From positions 6,370,889 to 6,434,888 of the forward strand of contig OZ037772.1 of the NCBI GenBank assembly GCA_964035545.1: a stretch of 64,000 nucleotides of DNA, read 5' to 3'. Made by a program: the position numbers and the translations under genes. Under the pieces are notes generated by a model, which saw only the letters and a list, made by a program, of their open reading frames with translations, made no database searches and was not told where the DNA came from. Positions 33,700-46,699 of this stretch are shown piece after piece (positions within the stretch are counted from its first letter, which is position 1; every line of letters begins with the position of its first letter). Source of the DNA: Bugula neritina. Its lineage: Eukaryota > Animalia > Bryozoa.

Positions 33700-34593
33700 A
33701 GCCAGATGAGACCAAATGCCAATTTATGTAACGTTTCCGAGCGTAAAGAGAATACCTGGGCAACAAGAGCTATTGACAGTAAAATGTTATTTGTGGATGA
33801 CAGTGCACTTTTTTCTTATTCTGCAGATGATATGCAAGCATTTGTAGATTGTTTTGCCAAAGAAGCTTTCCAATTTATTTTCAAAATGAACATAAAAAAC
33901 AGAATACTTATATCAGCCAGTTAAGATCACCTGCCCGCCAACTGAGCCAATGAATATGATCATCAACCATGAACCTTTAGTACAACGTGTACTGACTTTA
34001 AATATATTGACAGCATAGTCTCCAACAAGATTAAGAGCTGAGCTAAAAAATTGGTAGTGCCAGTGCCGCATTTTTTAGGCTGCAGAATTTTCTGTGAAGA
34101 AACAGACATGTGTCCATGCGAGTCAAGTGTTATAAAATGTACAGAGTTGTTGTACTGACAGCTTTACTGTATGGAGCTGAGACTTGGATAGTGTACCACA
34201 CTCAAATTGAGACACTACATGCCTACATTATGAGACAACTGAGATTAATACAAAATGTTATACAGCAAGACAAAGTCACAAACAAGGGAATTCTTAAGTG
34301 CGCAGATTTACCATCAATGGCTGACATACTGACAAAAAGGGGACTCTGGTGGCTGGGCCGTGTACATACAATAAAAAAAAACGCCTACACAGGCAGTTAC
34401 TGTATTCTCAACTCTGTGAAGGAAAACAAAATCATGGCAGACCACAACCGCAATTCAAAAATGTCGCTAAGCGCAACATGAGGTGGAGAGAAATACACAG
34501 AATGATGGCAAGAGGCTGCAAAAGACAGAGTGGTGTGGTGAACTGCCATCAAGACTCAAGCGTAGAGAAGTCATTGTCAAAACGACCGACTGC

Positions 34594-34594
<1 letters not shown>
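33700..34594 (+). mobile_element. Decayed RTE-clade LINE, 3' fragment
   Basis: Frameshifted motifs MLFVDDSAL..MQAFVDCF, KMYRVVVLTALLYGAETW, VTNKGILKCADLPSM, LWWLGRV and RQLLYSQLCEGKQNHGRP..FKNVAKRNM, followed directly by the (GA)n array. Confidence 0.85.
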
Positions 34595-34807
<213 letters not shown>

Positions 34808-35109
34808 CATTGTCATTAGATCACAAAACCAAGTGAAATGTTAGCCAACATATCTTGAAAACTATAATAGCAAAGATTTATCATGACTGATTCAATACTT
34901 TTTAAATATAAATTGAATACATGAGGTTTAGTATTTTATTCAGCTGTCTAATATCCCTATGAGGATGTTAACTATATAGTGAGTTACATTTGTGTAGTTT
35001 GTATTTACATTAGCTCAATAAGTCTATGCATTTGAGTATACAGTTTGTGTTTTAGATTCAACTTTACGTTGTGATCAATGAATAGAAATACTGTAGCACA
35101 TCTTTATTT

Positions 35110-35560
35110 AATTAGTGGCAAAGGTTTGGATGTGCTGTGGTTTAAGAGCAGATATGTTTTTGTTTTCTACAATATATTTGAATTTTTAAACTGCATACGG
35201 TATATCGTTGTGTACAAACACACCAACGTTTCATAATTTTTTGTTATACAATTCTTTTCACAGAAAATTGGAATTTAGCAAAAAAACATGAGAAAATAAA
35301 TGCATATGCTTGGATAGATATGTGAGATTTACTTAATAACCGCCGCCATCTAATTTACAATGCAGTTTTTGAAAAATATTGCAGAAAAACAAATCTAGCG
35401 ACAGACTACAATCGATGATCTGCAGTGCAGAAGGTTTTAGCGTTTATGTTGGCAAGAACGAGTCTAGACTTTAAAGCCTTCCATTTAAACATTTGTGAAA
35501 TTCATAATCCAGTACAAACTTCTTTAGTTCTATAACATATTACTCAAAAATACTAAACAG
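35110..35560. repeat. Intergenic spacer repeated directly at ~42925-43370
   Basis: Shared gcagatatgttt.tgttttcta.aatatatttgaa, tatatcgttgtgtacaaac and catttaaacatttgt.aa.ttcataat. Marks the period of the tandem array around gene B. Confidence 0.8.
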
Positions 35561-37587
35561 ACCAAATGAAATGCAAATAATTTTGTTGATATAAGTAACA
35601 AGTAAAATCACTATATATCCGAACTAGAATAGTTGTATTTGCTTCTTTATTTGTATAACTTCTTTAGAAATGATTTTCTGCTAAATTTTGTAATAAATAA
35701 AAAAATTAAAACGAAATCTAAACAAACTAATGGGAAGCATAATACTAATATATAACTTGATACATAGATAATATCACGATTAAAAATAATAAATTTTTAT
35801 ACATCCTCTGATTCCTTTTTTTCTATTTTAATTATTCATTCGTCAAAATATTATAATATCACATAGTCAAATTAGTAAACGCTTGTTCAATATTGCTTGT
35901 AATTTCAACTCTTGAAAAGGAAGTTTTATGTGTTTTATATATAACTTCAAATCATGTTAAATGTTTTTTTAAAAACACTTTTATTATGATTTTCTGTTGT
36001 AATGATACCTGTCTTAGATACCTCAATATTTAAATAATGATAGCAACATGTTTAAGTAATTTTGTAATAATTCTTTTGCAGAGTACAGATGTAGTGATAC
36101 ATAGGCCCAATTTCATATTCTATGTCCAAGAATACAAACCGCTTGTGTTAAGTAACAGCAATTTAGTTAGTATATGCACTCAAGTTAGCAACCTTGATTG
36201 CTTTGATGTTAGCATGAGTTGAAAAGTGGGTGTGGCCTAAAGTTTCTAAAATTCAAATTTATTGGCTGCTTCGCCTTCAGATTTGTCTACTTATAGACTA
36301 ATGAACTTAGACTAAAAAGTGAATATCTAATGGTTTTATTATGACATCTACCAATAATTCTAAGCGATCCACTTTAAGCTATATCTCTGAATTTGCTATT
36401 TCATTACATGTCTTGTTTAATATGCTTTCATATATTATATGGACAACATTTTAAACCATTACTAAAGAAGTTTTCTCTTTTGGCTGCATACTCTTTAGCC
36501 TGAAGACTGTACACTATATGCGAATAATAAAATGATTAAATATATGGAACAGCAAAACAATAGCCAAATACAATTAGTCTCTTCAGTGTTGTTGTCTCTG
36601 CTAATGTATTAAATGGGAACATAACTCCCAATACAGGTTTCGAAATTAGATTCTATGTGAGACAACCATTGCACCACAATGTTGTTTCACGTAGTAGTCC
36701 CAGGTTAAATTAGAATTTATTTGTGTTAGAAGTTTTTTGAGCAGCACCGTATTGCGGGTGACTGAGTAAGTTGGGAATTCAAAGTTCCTACCTAAACCCT
36801 CAACTCTAAACTCAATAACCCAAAACTACTGCACTCGGTCACCCCAACTCAGAGCTGCTTACAGAATAAATCTACTATGTTAGCTCAATGTTGTTTTACA
36901 TTAACCACAGGCTACAGTCTGTCAGAAGGCAATCACTACTCTGAAGGTTCAATAAACAAACAGCTGGAGAGAGAAATCAGTGCAGCTAATCACACGGGAC
37001 TAAGTTAATGTCATCAGTTGAGTTCAGTGCGTGCTGTGGAATCGATTAACTAAATGATGCCTCTCAAGCAGCCAATGTCTACACGTTTATAACTATTGCT
37101 TCAGCTCTGCTGTGTGTTGAGAGTTTTTTATAAACCATACGCAAAATGTGTTAGTAAAGAACAGAAATTTAAACATTAATTTTTTTTTAAAAACTCCGGT
37201 ACAAAATTTTTTTTCAATTTATTTAGAAAAAAGCCAATACACATCAGTTCCAACAACAACATTGTGACTGTATCCAGCCACTTTTTTCAAGTGCTTAACT
37301 TACTTTTATTTCTGAACATTCTAATAATTGTTCATTACGCCTGCTATAAAGTTTATGTCAGATTGTTGAATATATTGAAAACTAATAAACTCATAAAAAA
37401 TGTGGTATTATAGTTATTAAACACATTTATTATAACCGATAGTATATTTTACTACAGTGTGACTGATGACTTCACAATGAAATTGAACTCGTGATAACTA
37501 AGCTGTTTCATAAAAAAACACAAACATACAGATTAAAATACAGCCCAAAAAACAACACAGCAGGCTACATAGCATTTCAATGCTATA

Positions 37588-38530
37588 ATATGTGATGGCT
37601 CCCGTCAGTTTTGGTTTCTTGGCATTATTCGCTATTGTTAGTTATAAGGGGTTTTAACTATAGTTGTCGTAAATAGGTCAATTTTAGCTTTTAGTGTATA
37701 ATAGTCAATTAACATGTGCTCTTTCCAGCTGTCCAATCAGTTTTGTGATATCTGCTATGGTTTAAGAATGATTGGTGTTTTAATGAGCCATTCCATGGTT
37801 GGCAAGCTGGTCACGTGATTAGAGCATAATAGCGCGACCTTTAACAATAGTTGAAATAGCGGCGTAGTGTAGAGCGCAACGTAGTTAAGTATAATTTGAC
37901 TGAGAATTGTTACTAATAATAAACATGGCGACTGGATCGCGCTGCAAGTTAATAGATAACAGATATTGACATTTTAAGAATGTTTCTACATTGAAAATTA
38001 GGGACAAGGACTGAAGAGTAGTGGTGATAATAGTAATGATGAACTTAGTAACAACAGTGATACAAAAGAGTTAGATTTTATTATGAAACCACGTGGCATT
38101 ATAGTATCAATCTCTCAGGATAATCATCAAAATGTTCTCATTATACTGAACTCAACTTTGAAATATTGATTAGAATATTGCAGATATAAATTTTAAATTA
38201 TTATTTTCAGGATCAGCATAAAAAACCACCCCTGGTCTCTAACTTTTGGGTTGATGGAGTTAATTGAAGACACTGTTGCTAGGTAGATAAACAACGAATT
38301 TAGTACAATTTTGAGTCGCCGAACTTTGACTGTTAATTACTCGCAATAACAAAAGACGTTTGTTGTGGACCGCTGTGTGTATAACCTGGCATATTTCTGG
38401 TTCTATTTGACTGATTTTAAAAATTTAAAGTGCAATGTGATCACAAAGTCCTACTCTATTCATCCACATCAAAAAATAAAAATCTTGGATGACCCCCAAG
38501 AGACCAAAAATGACAGCAGCCATCACATAT
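37588..38530. mobile_element. Non-autonomous TIR DNA element (~940 bp), superfamily unassigned
   Basis: TIRs atatgtgatggctcccgtcagttttggtttcttgg / ccaagagaccaaaaatgacagcagccatcacatat. The paralogous site near gene A is empty (tgctattcactaaaatattatgaa at 24441). Confidence 0.85.
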
Positions 38531-39335
38531 ATTCACAAAATATTATGAAGCAAAATTTATAGAATACAATATAAATTTTGTCATCTGCGTTTTATGTAAT
38601 ACTTGATGGCCAAATTTCTACTTAGACCAGGAACTTATAACATTTAGGAATGTTTTGAGACTATTAAATGGAAAAAAAATATCAAAGTTTACTTTATAAA
38701 TATAAACAACAGCAAATAATCAAATAGCACAATATATTCCGGCTGTAGTAACACAGAGTCACCACAGGTGTTTGTGCTATTCAATGAATTATTAATTTTA
38801 CTGACTATCAAGTTAGAAAAAGAGTTTATTGATTCATATATTTCCTTAGCTACTGCATTACCTATTACATTACATTTGTTTGAGCGCATGCATTAGATGA
38901 TGTTGCTACAACAACCTGTCTCCAATGGTTATAATTAAATGCTCATATTTAACAAAACACATACACACACACACACACAAACGCACACGCACATTGTGTG
39001 CCAGTGTTTTTACAACTGAACAACAATCATATCAGTCCGTAGTAAAATATTTAACGATCTCCAATCCGTGAATTTCCAATTCATAGATATTAAGCTGCGC
39101 ATCTATTTCTACAGCTGTTACTCTCACATATCTACCATACATTCTAGTATGACATGTAACCAGAAATATATCTGCAGGTGGTTGTCCAGGAAGGTAGTCA
39201 CAGATCTCATTTTCTGGTGGATTATCAAAGTTAGTGTCAGTTTCACCAACTGCTACTCTCACATTTGCCAACATATCATTGACAGCTAAAAGATTAATTG
39301 ACAGAATGAGATGTGGGATATTTTAACTAATTTAC

Positions 39336-39708
39336 TACACACTGCATGGAAGTCTCCAGTTTTTGTCTACTTTCTCCAATTTAGCTGCTAATGAGCATGA
39401 GTTTTTTTTTTAAAACTAGTAAAATATCAATAAATACACCTATAAATTACTGAGGTTCTTTTGAACGTTGCTTGATTTCTCATGTTTTTTTTCTATTCAT
39501 TTAGCTAATTTGAATTGTGATCCGTTATGAAAAAATGGTAAATGTCAGCAATCAAAAGTAGCTGAATAGTTAGGAAGAAGAATTAAAAATAACCTTGACT
39601 ATATTTAGGTGTATTTTTAATGATATTTCACTAGTTTTGAGGAAAAAAGCCATGTTCTTCAGTAGCTAATTTGTGAGGTAGCTAAAAACTGGAGCTTTCC
39701 AGTGTGTA
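39336..39708. mobile_element. Palindromic MITE, family 1, copy 2 (in intron 4 of gene B)
   Basis: tacacactg..ggaagtctccagttttt ... aaaaactggagctttccagtgtgta; similar to 4598-4952. Confidence 0.8.
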
Positions 39709-39928
39709 TTGAATCAAGCAAAATAACCCATGTCATAAACAAACTCCAAGACCCAACCTAATGGACTGCAATACTGACTATATTCAAATACCATATCATA
39801 AGTACCCACGCAGGACCACAGCGGTGAAAGGTGACCATACCATAAGTACTGTAAACATTCAGATTACCACTAAATACACATGAATTACAGGAAATATAAT
39901 AATTTGTCAGCAATGCATAAAACATCAT

Positions 39929-40135
39929 AACAGAGAGTTTAGAGCATTTGCTTAGTAGACACAATGTCACGGATTTAAACCCAACCAAAGCCATTGGTGG
40001 TGGTAAGGAGAGCATCCAGTCATAATTACTCCTGTGCCTCATCTGAATAAATCTTTAACCCCGTTAAACAAAATATTACCCTTTTCCATCAAAGTTTCTC
40101 ACAGGGATGGCAACTATAAACTTCTGCAATTTTTA
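39929..40135 (+). mobile_element. tRNA-derived SINE copy (intron 4 of gene B)
   Basis: Shares ttagtagacac..gtca..tttaaacccaaccaaagccattggtg..aggagagcatccagtcataattactcctgtgcctcatctgaataa with four other copies. Confidence 0.8.
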
Positions 40136-41285
40136 TATAAGACGTCAAAACACAACAGCTGCCCGAATACGTAAACTAAATCACCTTGAGTACTTTCAGA
40201 TCTGTCCCATATTTTGACACCATCAACAAATTGACTGATGGTTAAGTCTATTTGCAGCCATGGAGACAGTTCTTGATTTGTAATAAATATACTTCCTTGC
40301 TCCCCTATCCCAGATTCAGAAGGAAGATAAATTCCATCAATAGCCTTGGCCTCTGAGAAATCTGATCTATATATGCTGCTTGATGAAGCAACTTTATCTA
40401 AAAGTTACCAGAACAACATGAATTACAAGAATTTTACAATATAAAGAGCTAGGAATTTCTAAACTTTAATAATATCATGTAAAGTATTGCGGTATAATGT
40501 CTCATATGTCAATAACCTAATTTACTGACTTTGTAGCATAAGTATTAGCCTCTAAATATGTTCAAAAATCTTATATCTCAAAATTACTTTAGCGTTAGGC
40601 TATCTTCACCTTTAGCAAGACTGGTAAAAAAGCCATAGACAACCAACTCTTCTGAGTATTTCTTCTTAACAGAACACAGTCTACTAGTCTGCTCTGTATT
40701 GATTATCACTTCTGGTCTATCAGACAGGAAACAGGTTGATGTATTCTTGTCATATGACACAGCAACACATGATTGGTTGTGTGAACAGAAGGAAACACAC
40801 AGCTGGTGACAAGAAGTGGTTATCTGATGGTAATATGTCGTCACATCAGAAAATGCTTTGTTCAAGAAAATATTTTCCTCTAAAATTAAAAGACGGTCAG
40901 TATCAGCCAAAAGAAATTTGAAATTTTATTGATGCACACTATTATTTCATTTTTAATTGAATCAAGTCCTAATAGTTTCAACAACTGCACACATGGTTTT
41001 TAAAGTTACTATCTTTGACTTTTATGAATGAAAAAAAAATTAATCTGGTATTCAATGAAAAATGATGTTTACTTGTCAGTAAAGATAGCTACTCGAAATA
41101 AATCATCTTCTTTAAGTTTCCTTCTTCCAGCTCTGTTAATGGTTTATTGAATAGTCTACAAGTTCTGTTTGCTGATTCAAAAACTCCAGACTGACACTGA
41201 CTGTGGAGATCATTGCATTGAGTCATACATTCTAGACTAGATCGAGCTAAAATCAATAAAGTTATATGTAAATAAACAGTATAAT

Positions 41286-41424
41286 ATATGGTATATATGG
41301 TATATATGGTGTATATGGTGTATATGGTATATATGGTATATATGGTATATCTGGTATATATGGTATATATGGTATATCTGGTATATCTGGTATATATGGT
41401 ATATATGGTATATATGGTATATAT

Positions 41425-41478
<54 letters not shown>

Positions 41479-41488
41479 TGTATACATA

Positions 41489-41584
<96 letters not shown>

Positions 41585-41602
41585 CATACATATGTATATA
41601 TA
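41286..41602. repeat. 9-bp minisatellite (GGTATATAT)n followed by (TA)n, in intron 1 of gene B
   Basis: About 16 copies of ggtatatat/ggtatatct/ggtgtatat, then a long TA array. Confidence 0.95.
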
Positions 41603-43525
41603 TAATACATATAATCAATTACTCACAGTGTTTCAACTGTGAAAACCTGTTTATCAGCAAGTCCAGTAAAACTGCTCCCAGGGCATAAATTATGAATAAT
41701 TTTAGAGGTATTTGAAAAGAGAAATGTCAATGCTAGCCTTATAATCAATAGTGTACCTGTGTCAACTAACTGCTAATAGTTGTTGAGCTGTTTTATCGTT
41801 TTAAACAAACGTGTGTTATGAAATATATGCACAGTTACTATCTGATAGTATTGTGTATGCTTACATTATATCTGCTATGAAATAATCTAGTAGCTTTTAC
41901 CTATACACTTTTCTGTGATTGATTATTATGCATTTTGCATGTTCTCTTGTGTATAAACAATTTGAAAAATTGAATAAAATCATTACAGATGATATATTTA
42001 AAATAGATAATTTTATTTTAGTTTATAAGGTATAAAGTATTGGTACTTGCTGAATAGATTTTACTCTTATACTATTAATATTGCTGGATTTGATTGATGG
42101 TGAATAAACTATATCTGTAGGACTTTTTTTCAGTCAAATTCATGCTCATTTGTTAAGATTGTGCTGTGTGATTTTTATGTTTATCCGCTGCATCTATAAA
42201 CACTCATTTCTGTAAAATAACTAATATATAACACAAGATCTCATAATAGAAAAACTCATACTAGTAATTCCTTTCTGTAGCATTAAGAAAACTGCAAACA
42301 GAGCATAATTGTAGCCAATCAAACTTTGTGAACTCCTATATAACTGCTGATGATTAGGGTAAAATGATTTATGACATAAATTTACCTTTTCAACTTTTGC
42401 CTACTTTAATTTCAGCTCGATGACCTAACACAACGTAAAAGGTGCTGACCTTGTCTAGAATCTTGAAGGGTAGACTCCTGTAGTTGAGATTCTGAACTGT
42501 TGAATGCTGATATATGCTGTGTGCAATAATATTCTTCCGTCAAATTTAAGGCTGGGATTGATAAAACTTTAGACATCAACAGTGTGCATGCTAAAAGTAG
42601 CTTCATGTTTGCTAAAAAACTTAGCTAGAGCAGAATATTAGAAGAGCTATCTACTTGTGTAATGGTTTATGTGTTGGCATTCATTTCAATATATACCTAC
42701 ATGCACTATATTATTAGCATTATTCCCTTGTGAATAGCATAAATTATCTGATTAAGGCAAGTTTTCATTCAAATAGGTTATGAAATAAATGCCTTTTGAT
42801 CATTCTATTTGATAATTTTTATAGAGAACTAAGTCTAATTTTTTCAGTGCAAATATTCACTAGATTCTGTATTTAACTTTACTGTGATCTATTAATGGAA
42901 ATACTATGGCATATTTTTATTTAGTTAGTGGTGAAGGTTTGAATGTGCTAATGTGACGTCTAAGTGCAGATATGTTTCTGTTTTCTATAATATATTTGAA
43001 GTATTAAACTGTATACAGTATATCGTTGTGTACAAACTCACAAATATTTTATAATTCTTTGTTACACTGTTTTGTATAGATATTAAAATTTAGCAAAAAA
43101 GAACATGAGAAAATAGGTGCATATGCTGGCATAGTTATGTGCGATTTCTCTTAATAATTGCTGCCATGTAATCTACAATACAGTTTTTAAAAAACAATGC
43201 AAAAAAACAAAATTAGCAATAAACTGCAAACTGTGATTTTCAGTGCAAAGCGTTTTAGTGCTTATGTTAGCAAGAAAGAGTCCAAAGCCTTAATCATTTA
43301 AACATTTGTAAATTTCATAATTGACTACAAACTTGGTTTAGGTTTATAACATAATACTGAAAAATATTACACATACAAAGCTTTAGTGCTTAAATTTTAA
43401 AAAAGTTGTATGTGATTTATATATAAACAAACAACACAACAAAATATGTTTGTGTAGTAAAATGAATGGTTCAAACTTTGTAATTACTATGTCAACTTGA
43501 GCAATTACAAATAACCATGAAATTG

Positions 43526-43732
<207 letters not shown>

Positions 43733-43789
43733 TTTAAATATATCTTTACGAGCTAGCAATTTGATTATAAATAGGTATACGAGAAACAT

Positions 43790-45740
43790 TGTTATTTATT
43801 ACTTTATTAGGTAAAGTAATTACACTGATATTTCGGGTACCACTGTACCCATCTTCAGAGTAGCAATGAATGAAATTCAAAAATTATTATGTTACGTTAG
43901 ACGTTATGCATGACACAAAGAATAGAGAGTGGCAGTTATTGTAAATTATTGAAACTTAAAGGAGATAATCTTATTTTATATATTACGCAGGTCAAAAATT
44001 ATACTGATTTTTTTGCATAAAAAATAAATTAGACTTGACAAAAAAATAGATATCCAAATATAAAAAACAGCAAGAATTAGTGAAACTTTGTGAGAGTTGA
44101 GTAGTGTGGAGCTATTGATATAGTTTTAGTGGTATGGAGTAATTTTTTTTATTGAGTTGCGGTTTTATTTGTTTAATGTAGAGAGCTTCGGCTACTTTTC
44201 GATGGTGGATTCCTTTAAATGAATGATTTAAAATTGTTACATTGTCTATTGATATGTTTCCATGATTAGTGGTAGAGATGTGTTGATAAATTTTGGAATT
44301 GATGTCATTGCAGTGTTCATGTATCCTGTGTAATAGGCGACGTCCGGTTTCGCCTACATATGTTTGTTGACAGGTAGCTTCAGGACAGGTTATTTTGTAG
44401 ACTAGGTTGTGAATGTGTTCTTTATTGGTTTTATCTTTGAGATTAAAATGTGAACTTAAGGGGGTTCCTTTAAATAAAATACGGGCATTGAGTTCATTTG
44501 AAAAAGAGTCTGTAATTAATTTATTGAGGGAACGGATTAATTTTTCTCCTGTTACTCCTTTATAAGGCAGCTGAAGTAAAATGTGTTTCCTGTTGTCTTT
44601 TTCACTGAGTAGTCCGTCACCAATGTTGTTAATAGTTTTCTCTATTACATATTTAGGGTAACTATTTTTATGTTCAAAAACATTTCGAATATAGTTTAGT
44701 TCTTGGGTCTTAAGTGCTGGAGTAGAACAGATTTTATTAGCCCTTAATACTAGTGACTTGAGTGTGCTTTGCTTCCACGTTTTTAGTGAGAAAGAGTTCC
44801 AATGTAAATATGTATCGTTATGTGTTGGTTTGCGGAATACTGTGGTTTCCACTGAGCTATTGTGTCGCAAAACTGTAACATCCAGAAAAGAAAGTGATTT
44901 ATTGGTTTCTAGTTCGTGAGTAAATTTTATGTTAGGATGAAAATTATTAAGTGTGTTGAGTGTTGTGTTAATATAATCAGGGTCTATTGTTGCAAATGTG
45001 TCATCTATGTATCTCACCCAAGGTGACATTGAATTCAACTTTGGTATTACTTTCTGTTCTAGTTTTGTCATGAATATATTCGCAATTATTGGTCCTAGAG
45101 GAGATCCCATAGCAACACCATCCGTCTGTGTATAAATGATGTCGTTGAAAGTAAAGTGAACTTGTTTTGTACAAAGGTTGAGTAAGTTTATCATTTTCTT
45201 TTTTGGTATAGTTGTTTGGATTCGTTGTTTCTCATAAATATCATTTATGATTGCTGAAATCGTGTAGTCAAGTGGTACAGAAGTAAAGAGGGAAACAACA
45301 TCAAATGATATCAGTTGATGGTTTGCTGGAATATGAAGTTGCCGTATATATGTAAGAAAACTATCGGTTGATTCGATATTACTTTCAGATTCACTAAGTG
45401 GTTTTAGCATTTTGGCCAGGTATTTCGCAAGTTGGTATGATGCAGCGCCTATGTTAGAAATTATTGGTCGCATTTGTAGCTTCTCTATACCATCTCCTTG
45501 TTTGAGTTTGTGTATTTTGGCCATTCCGTAAAATTTCCCAGGTGCTGAACCTGTTGGATATATCCTTTTATAGTCAGTGTCAGAAAAATGTTTTTTGATA
45601 CTACGCAATTCTAATTGTATTCGATTTTCAATAGTTTTTGTTGGATCTGTGGAACATATTGAAAATTTTGGTGTATTTAGTATTTCTAAACATTTGTTGA
45701 TGTAAACCTTCTTATTCATGACAACAGTACCTTTCCCAGT
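43790..45740 (-). mobile_element. 5'-truncated Penelope-like retroelement
   Basis: Contains an RT plus GIY-YIG ORF and a downstream hammerhead motif. Homology to PLE proteins begins at GKGTVVMNK. Boundaries approximate. Confidence 0.9.
43823..43862 (-). ncRNA. Minimal type I hammerhead ribozyme motif associated with the Penelope-like element
   Basis: The minus strand reads tact-CTGAAGA-t-GGGTAC-agtg-GTACCC-GAAA-tatc-agtg: intact core boxes, a perfect 6-bp stem II, a short stem I (tact/agtg) and a minimal stem III. Confidence 0.78.
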
Positions 45741-45803
45741 TTTACATAGTATAAAGTTTGCAGAACTTGTTTTTAGTCTATTTGTTAAACATAAAATGTA
45801 CAT
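44112..45803 (-). CDS. Penelope-like reverse transcriptase / GIY-YIG endonuclease (563-aa ORF, N-terminally truncated)
   Basis: PGKFYGMAKIHK, MRPIISNIG, ISFDVVSLFTSVP, GVAMGSPLGPIIANIFM, WVRYIDDTF, IKFTHELE..LSFLDV, VFRKPTH and LVYKITC..C..TYVGETGRRLLHRIHEH..EALYI..KPQLN. The first ~22 codons are probably flanking DNA. Confidence 0.92.
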   Translation of the reverse strand: MYILCLTNRLKTSSANFILCKTGKGTVVMNKKVYINKCLEILNTPKFSICSTDPTKTIENRIQLELRSIKKHFSDTDYKRIYPTGSAPGKFYGMAKIHKLKQGDGIEKLQMRPIISNIGAASYQLAKYLAKMLKPLSESESNIESTDSFLTYIRQLHIPANHQLISFDVVSLFTSVPLDYTISAIINDIYEKQRIQTTIPKKKMINLLNLCTKQVHFTFNDIIYTQTDGVAMGSPLGPIIANIFMTKLEQKVIPKLNSMSPWVRYIDDTFATIDPDYINTTLNTLNNFHPNIKFTHELETNKSLSFLDVTVLRHNSSVETTVFRKPTHNDTYLHWNSFSLKTWKQSTLKSLVLRANKICSTPALKTQELNYIRNVFEHKNSYPKYVIEKTINNIGDGLLSEKDNRKHILLQLPYKGVTGEKLIRSLNKLITDSFSNELNARILFKGTPLSSHFNLKDKTNKEHIHNLVYKITCPEATCQQTYVGETGRRLLHRIHEHCNDINSKIYQHISTTNHGNISIDNVTILNHSFKGIHHRKVAEALYIKQIKPQLNKKNYSIPLKLYQ

Positions 45804-46480
45804 GATATGTATCTACGTCAGTTCTAATAATAAACTGTGGCTCCCTCTCATTACTGTTTTTATGTATTTAACTTAATGTTTCTTCTGAACAAATTAGGTA
45901 AAGTTAAATCTACTTCAGATTTGTTATTAATTATTTTATTATAAATGAGATGCTTTGCAATGCATCAAATCACCATATTACAGCTCACATGCAGTTCTAT
46001 TAAGTATAAGGTACATTAATATTAATCATTAATCTACAACTACTCAATAGAGCACATATATGAGAAATCAACTTTATCAGGTAATATTATTCACAAAAGT
46101 TTTAAGAAAATTTGTAAAAGAAATGTAAACTTTGACTCAAATTGCAAAGAAAACACATGGAAGTTCAAAATTGCAAAAGGCTTTTGTCTTTAGATTATGC
46201 ATATTTCTGCTTATAGGTTGTTCGTATTGGTTATTCCACTGAAACAGAAGACTGAAGAAGCTATGATTGGATGATGCTATAGCTTTGAGAATGCAATAAA
46301 TAAAAACAGAAAAACAGTGCATTATATATGTTGTGTTTAAAAATGCATAAAAAATCAACCAGTGTCTGATGGTGAGTTACAAAGATAATTAGAACTAATT
46401 TCAGAGAGTGAAATCATATTTGTGTTATTGAAAGCTTTTTTATAAATTGAAACAAACTATGGATCAATAACTCTTTAAAT

Positions 46481-46650
46481 AGAGGGCAGTCGTGGTCTTA
46501 TAGGGACCTAGGGCGTTTAGTAAGCCTTATATAGTAATTAGGCGCAAAGTATTGGGTTTGAGCCGACAAAGGTCATTGGGTATGTTAGGAAGAGCATCCA
46601 GTCATAATTGAGCTCTTCTGCCTCATCTGGATAAGTCCTTAACCAGATTT
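46481..46650 (+). mobile_element. tRNA-derived SINE copy
   Basis: gggcagtcgtggtct.. head and aggaagagcatccagtcataattg..gcctcatctggataagtcc body. Confidence 0.75.
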
Positions 46651-46699
46651 ACAGTAATGGTGACTCTAACCTTGCTTGCGTCAGTTAATTATATATACA

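Larger units (their letters stand above)
39032..42606 (-). pseudogene. Gene B: PAN-PAN-F-type lectin paralog with a premature stop in exon 2
   Basis: Exons 42606-42450, 41246-41073, 40879-40610, 40397-40185, 39285-39032, all with canonical phase-1 splice sites. In-frame TAG at 41091-41089 (IYFE*) where the intact paralogs have AAG (YFMK/YFLK). The other exons are open. Confidence 0.82.

Noticed and set aside
37461-37490. Hammerhead-like ctgatga-cttca-caa-tgaaa (paralog at 24323)
   Set aside because: GAAA box and stems I/III are not intact in either copy.
41286-41430. Regular repeat array as a possible CRISPR or coding repeat
   Set aside because: 9-bp units without spacers in a eukaryotic intron; an ordinary minisatellite.
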